The position numbers and the translations under genes were made by a program. Positions 60,666-64,000 of a DNA stretch of 64,000 nucleotides are shown here, piece by piece. The stretch's first letter is position 1; the number at the start of each line of letters is the position of its first letter. The notes beneath the pieces are model-generated. The model saw only the letters and a list, made by a program, of their open reading frames with translations. It ran no database searches and was not told the origin of the DNA. Location: contig CAVOXA010000010.1 of the NCBI GenBank assembly GCA_963700285.1, positions 992,001-1,056,000 of the forward strand, given 5' to 3'. Source of the DNA: an uncultured Chloroflexia bacterium. GTDB taxonomy: Bacteria; Chloroflexota; Anaerolineae; JAAYZQ01.

Positions 60666-61683
60666 TTACACGACAAAGGCGCCTTCAGCCACCGCTTGCG
60701 ACAGGGTCCGCTCCACATCCACGATCCACGGCCCATCGAGGTCAAGTGTCACATCCGCGCCGTCGCTGCCGTGCAGCGTGATCTCTCGCTCACCATCCAG
60801 CGCCAGCACGGCCGGGCGCAGAGAATCCACGGGATGACTGATCCCTGGTCTCATCTCGACAATCTCCCCAATGCCTATCGGCGACCAAGGAACCCGGCGC
60901 GATGGGGACCATCACCTTTCGCCCATCTTGGGTTATGGTGGCGGACGCTCCACCCGGATAGGCTGGATCCACTGGATTCACTACACCAATGATCGCTGAC
61001 AACCCGATGTTGATGGGCTGGGCGCGGGTCACAAAAACCTGGCGCAGACTCCCGATCTCCCAGACTGCCCGCGCCCCGACAAAACCGGTAGACACCAAGG
61101 CCACTTCAACGAGCGCCTGATCGACCATCTCGCCATTCACGCGTACCAGCAGGCGCTTGTGCCGCCAGCAGAGAGCCTTCCGGTCGGCATCAGGACGCCG
61201 GGCAACATAGGCCGCAGCAGAACCGGCAATCGTCCCCTCGATAAAGTAGGGCACAACGTTGTTCGTGCCGGTTGAGAGCGGTAACAGAGGCACTTGACCA
61301 GCACCCTTGGCCACAATGCGGCTGGTTCCATCGCCTCCCAGGACGATGATGCAGCCAACCCCGGCATCGCGCAGGTATTGGGCTGCCCGCAGCGAGTCCG
61401 CAGATGTATGCACAATGGGCATGTCGATCAGCGATGCTGTGTCGACGACCTCGGGCCGGTCGCGCAGTCCCTTCAGCGCCCGGACCCCAATGCCAAATGG
61501 GTCGGGCATGATCTCCACCCGTTGCGTGCCGGATGCATACAATCCCAGCAGCAGTCGCCGGACGATGCTGACCTTCTCGTTGTTGTTCACCACCGTCGCG
61601 TGAGACACCAGGCGCCTGATGTCTTTGCCCGACGCAGGATTGGCAATGATGCCTACGAAACCCAAAACCGTCCTCCAGACCAA
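60666..61683 (-). CDS. acoX: AcoX-like NAD-kinase-fold protein, frameshifted
   Basis: GIIANPASGKDIRRLV, GGDGT, STGTNN, EGTIAG, ALDGERE. Confidence 0.85.
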
Positions 61684-61689
61684 GCCGTG

Positions 61690-62684
61690 TCAGTCGACAA
61701 ACAGGATCTTGCCGCACTCGCCTGTGCGAAAGAGATCAAAAGCCGCCTCCGCCTCGGACAGTGGGAACCTATGTGTGACGGTTTTCTCCACTGGCAACCC
61801 GCGCTCGACCAGTGCGACCATCTCGTCGAACTCGGCCGTGTTAAAGTTGCGCGTCCCAAAGACGGTCAGCTCCCGGCAGATGAGGTGCTCCCATGGATTG
61901 AGGCTCAGCTGTGACTGACACCGACAACGACCAACGTGCCCCGCTCTTTCAGGCTGGCGAGGCCCTGCTCGGCGACCACCTGGCTGCCAACACAGTCAAA
62001 GGCTACGTCGATTCCGCGTCCATGGGTCCAGTCCGCGAGGACCTCCGGGATATTGTCGCGACGGGGATTCAGCATCAATTCTGCCCCAAGATCCTGTGCC
62101 ATGGCAAGCCGATAGTCGCTCAAATCCACACTTGCCACCCGGGCACCAAATGTCGAGGCGACCATCAATGCCCCCAAGCCAATGGGACCAGCACCCCACA
62201 CAGCTACCTGGTCGCCCGGCAATAACCTGGCACGCTTGACTCCCCTGAACGGTGTCCCCAACATATCCACCAGAAGCGAGCCTGCCTCAAAAGAGAAATC
62301 GTCGGGCAGAGGATGACAGCAAGCCTCCGGCACCAAAACGCACTCGGCAAAACCGCCATCTCTCTCAAAGCCGATGGCTTCCAGTTCCCTGCAAAAGTAC
62401 AGGTCGCCTCTGAGGCAGTGCACGCAACTGCCACAGGTCACGTGGCAGTTGATGGCCACTCGGTCACCAACCTTCAGACGCGCCGGCTTGTCGACCGCCA
62501 CGACCTCGCCCGCGTTCTCGTGTCCCGGAATGGTCGACTGGCCCGGACCTTCCAGGTTCTCACGATCCGTACCACAGATGGCGGCCGACTTGACCCGCAC
62601 CACCACCTCGCGACCTCGCGGCTCAGGGGTGGGCACCTCGTCGAGCGAAATCTGGTTCTGGCCCAAAAAGTGAATGGCTAGCAT
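61690..62684 (-). CDS. Zn-dependent (MDR) alcohol/polyol dehydrogenase, frameshifted near the C-terminus
   Basis: ICGTD, GHE, CGSCVHC...C, GAGPIG. Confidence 0.88.
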
Positions 62685-62704
62685 TTCCCTTATCCCCGTA
62701 TGCT

Positions 62705-63490
62705 CTATGTCTCCATGAACTCGCCACCCGCGACAACCAACTGCTCGCCGGTGATGTGGCTAGCCAGATCGGAGGCCAGAAATACAAAGGCGTTGGCTTG
62801 ATCTCGGGGCGTGGCGATCTTGTCCAGTGTTGTCCTGGCCACCAGTTCATCCATCAGGCCAGGTACGCGATCAACGACATCGCGCAGCATCTGGGTGTCT
62901 GTTGCACCTGGCAGAACGGCGTTGGCTCGGATCCCGTGCTTGCCCAACTCCAGCGCCAGCACCCGCGTGAAGCCGATCACGGCTGATTTGGAGGCACAGT
63001 ACGCGGCACCCTTGGTATCGGGCTTTTTCCCCGATGCCGAGGACATGTTGATGATACAACCGCCGTCGCCCTGCCGGATCATCTGCCGGGCTGCCGCCTG
63101 AGCGCATAGGAAGGTCCCACGGATATTGACCGCAAAGACCGCATCCCAGTCATCGAGGGGAAAATCGACGATCATGTGACCGCGATGGATCCCGGCGTTG
63201 TTGACCAGGATATCCAGCCGCCCGAATTCGGCCACGATCATCGTCCACTGCCTGCTGCACACTCGTCGCGTCGGAAACGTCCAGGTACAGAGCAATGGCG
63301 CGTTTCGCGGCCTGCGATCCGGCACGCTCGTTGATACGCTTGTGCTACAGCTCGCGCCTCATCCAGCAGAGTGTCTGCCACAGCCACCGGGCACCATGCT
63401 CGGCATATACCTCTGCGATGGCACGCCCGATGCCTCTGGCAGCACCGGTCACCAGTGCGATCTTGTCTGTCAACAAAGTCGCCACAGCAT
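62705..63490 (-). CDS. Short-chain dehydrogenase (polyol/acetoin reductase-like), frameshifted in the N-terminal part
   Basis: TGAARGIG, NNAG, YCASK, PG..DT.M. Confidence 0.85.
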
Positions 63491-63569
63491 GTCTCCTCCG
63501 CCTCGCATCCGGCGCCCTCCCGCGTGAGAGATGCCGGGCTCTGCCCCTCCAACCTTCGCTGGAAGCGGC

Positions 63570-64000
63570 CTATCCCCCGGTGACCTGTCTGACCGCCGCA
63601 ATGATCTTTTCCTCGCTGGGCAGCACATATTCTTCCAGCACCGGGGCGAAGGGAGTGGGCACCTCGCGGGCGGTCACACGGATGACCGGCTCGTCGAGGT
63701 AGTCCAATGCCTTTTCCGCAGCGATGGCAGCAACCTCGGAGCTGACGCTGCACTTGGGCCAGGTCTCCTGGACCACCACCAGGCGATGCGTCTTCTCGGA
63801 TCGATGCCAGTATGGTTTCTTCGTCGAGGGGATCGACCGTACGCAGGTCCACGACTTCGACGCTCGATCCCCTCTTTGGCCAGCTCCTCTGCAGCGGCCA
63901 GCGACTTGGTCACCATGTACGAGTAGGTCACAAGCGTCACGTCTGAGCCCTCTCGCTTGACGTCTGCCTGGCCCAAGGGGATCGTATACTCTTCCTCTGG
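63570..64000 (-). CDS. Acetoin/2-oxoacid dehydrogenase E1 beta subunit, C-terminal part (truncated by window, frameshifted)
   Basis: [45 protein letters not shown]. Confidence 0.9.
   Translation of the reverse strand, partial: RGRVYDPLGPGRRQARGLRRDACDLLVHGDQVAGRCRGAGQRGDRASKSWTCVRSIPSTKKPYWHRSEKTHRLVVVQETWPKCSVSSEVAAIAAEKALDYLDEPVIRVTAREVPTPFAPVLEEYVLPSEEKIIAAVRQVTGG

Overview
Core-chromosome window of an anaerobic bacterium, most likely Chloroflexota/Anaerolineae (inferred from gene content and order, not from a marker gene). From left to right: the end of metK; a minus-strand SDR/serine hydrolase/3-hydroxyacyl-CoA dehydrogenase trio; a ~15 kb operon with a two-subunit class I fumarate hydratase, two heterodisulfide-reductase-like sets (HdrC-B-A), MvhD, an FrhB/FdhB-like protein and a soluble fumarate-reductase-like Fe-S/flavoprotein pair; tRNA-Gln and gltX; an mreBCD-mrdA-(C39 peptidase)-minCDE-rodA cluster; secG, an orphan peptide-binding protein, tRNA-Leu and an FtsB-like gene; trxB-DUF1858-ADH-AOR; two uncharacterised proteins sharing a C-terminal helix; GT-C/YfhO glycosylation genes; a 12-TM His-patterned membrane protein resembling the heme-copper oxidase fold; recJ; an M32 carboxypeptidase; and an acetoin-dehydrogenase-like cluster with a LipB-LipA fusion and sugar-metabolism genes. 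Many genes after ~34 kb carry frameshifts that look like assembly indels. I found no CRISPR array, rRNA, integrase or transposase. The best leads are the Hdr-coupled soluble fumarate reductase operon and its structured leader, the HCO-like membrane protein, and the protein pair with a shared C-terminal tag. All family assignments come from motif recognition by eye; no searches were run.
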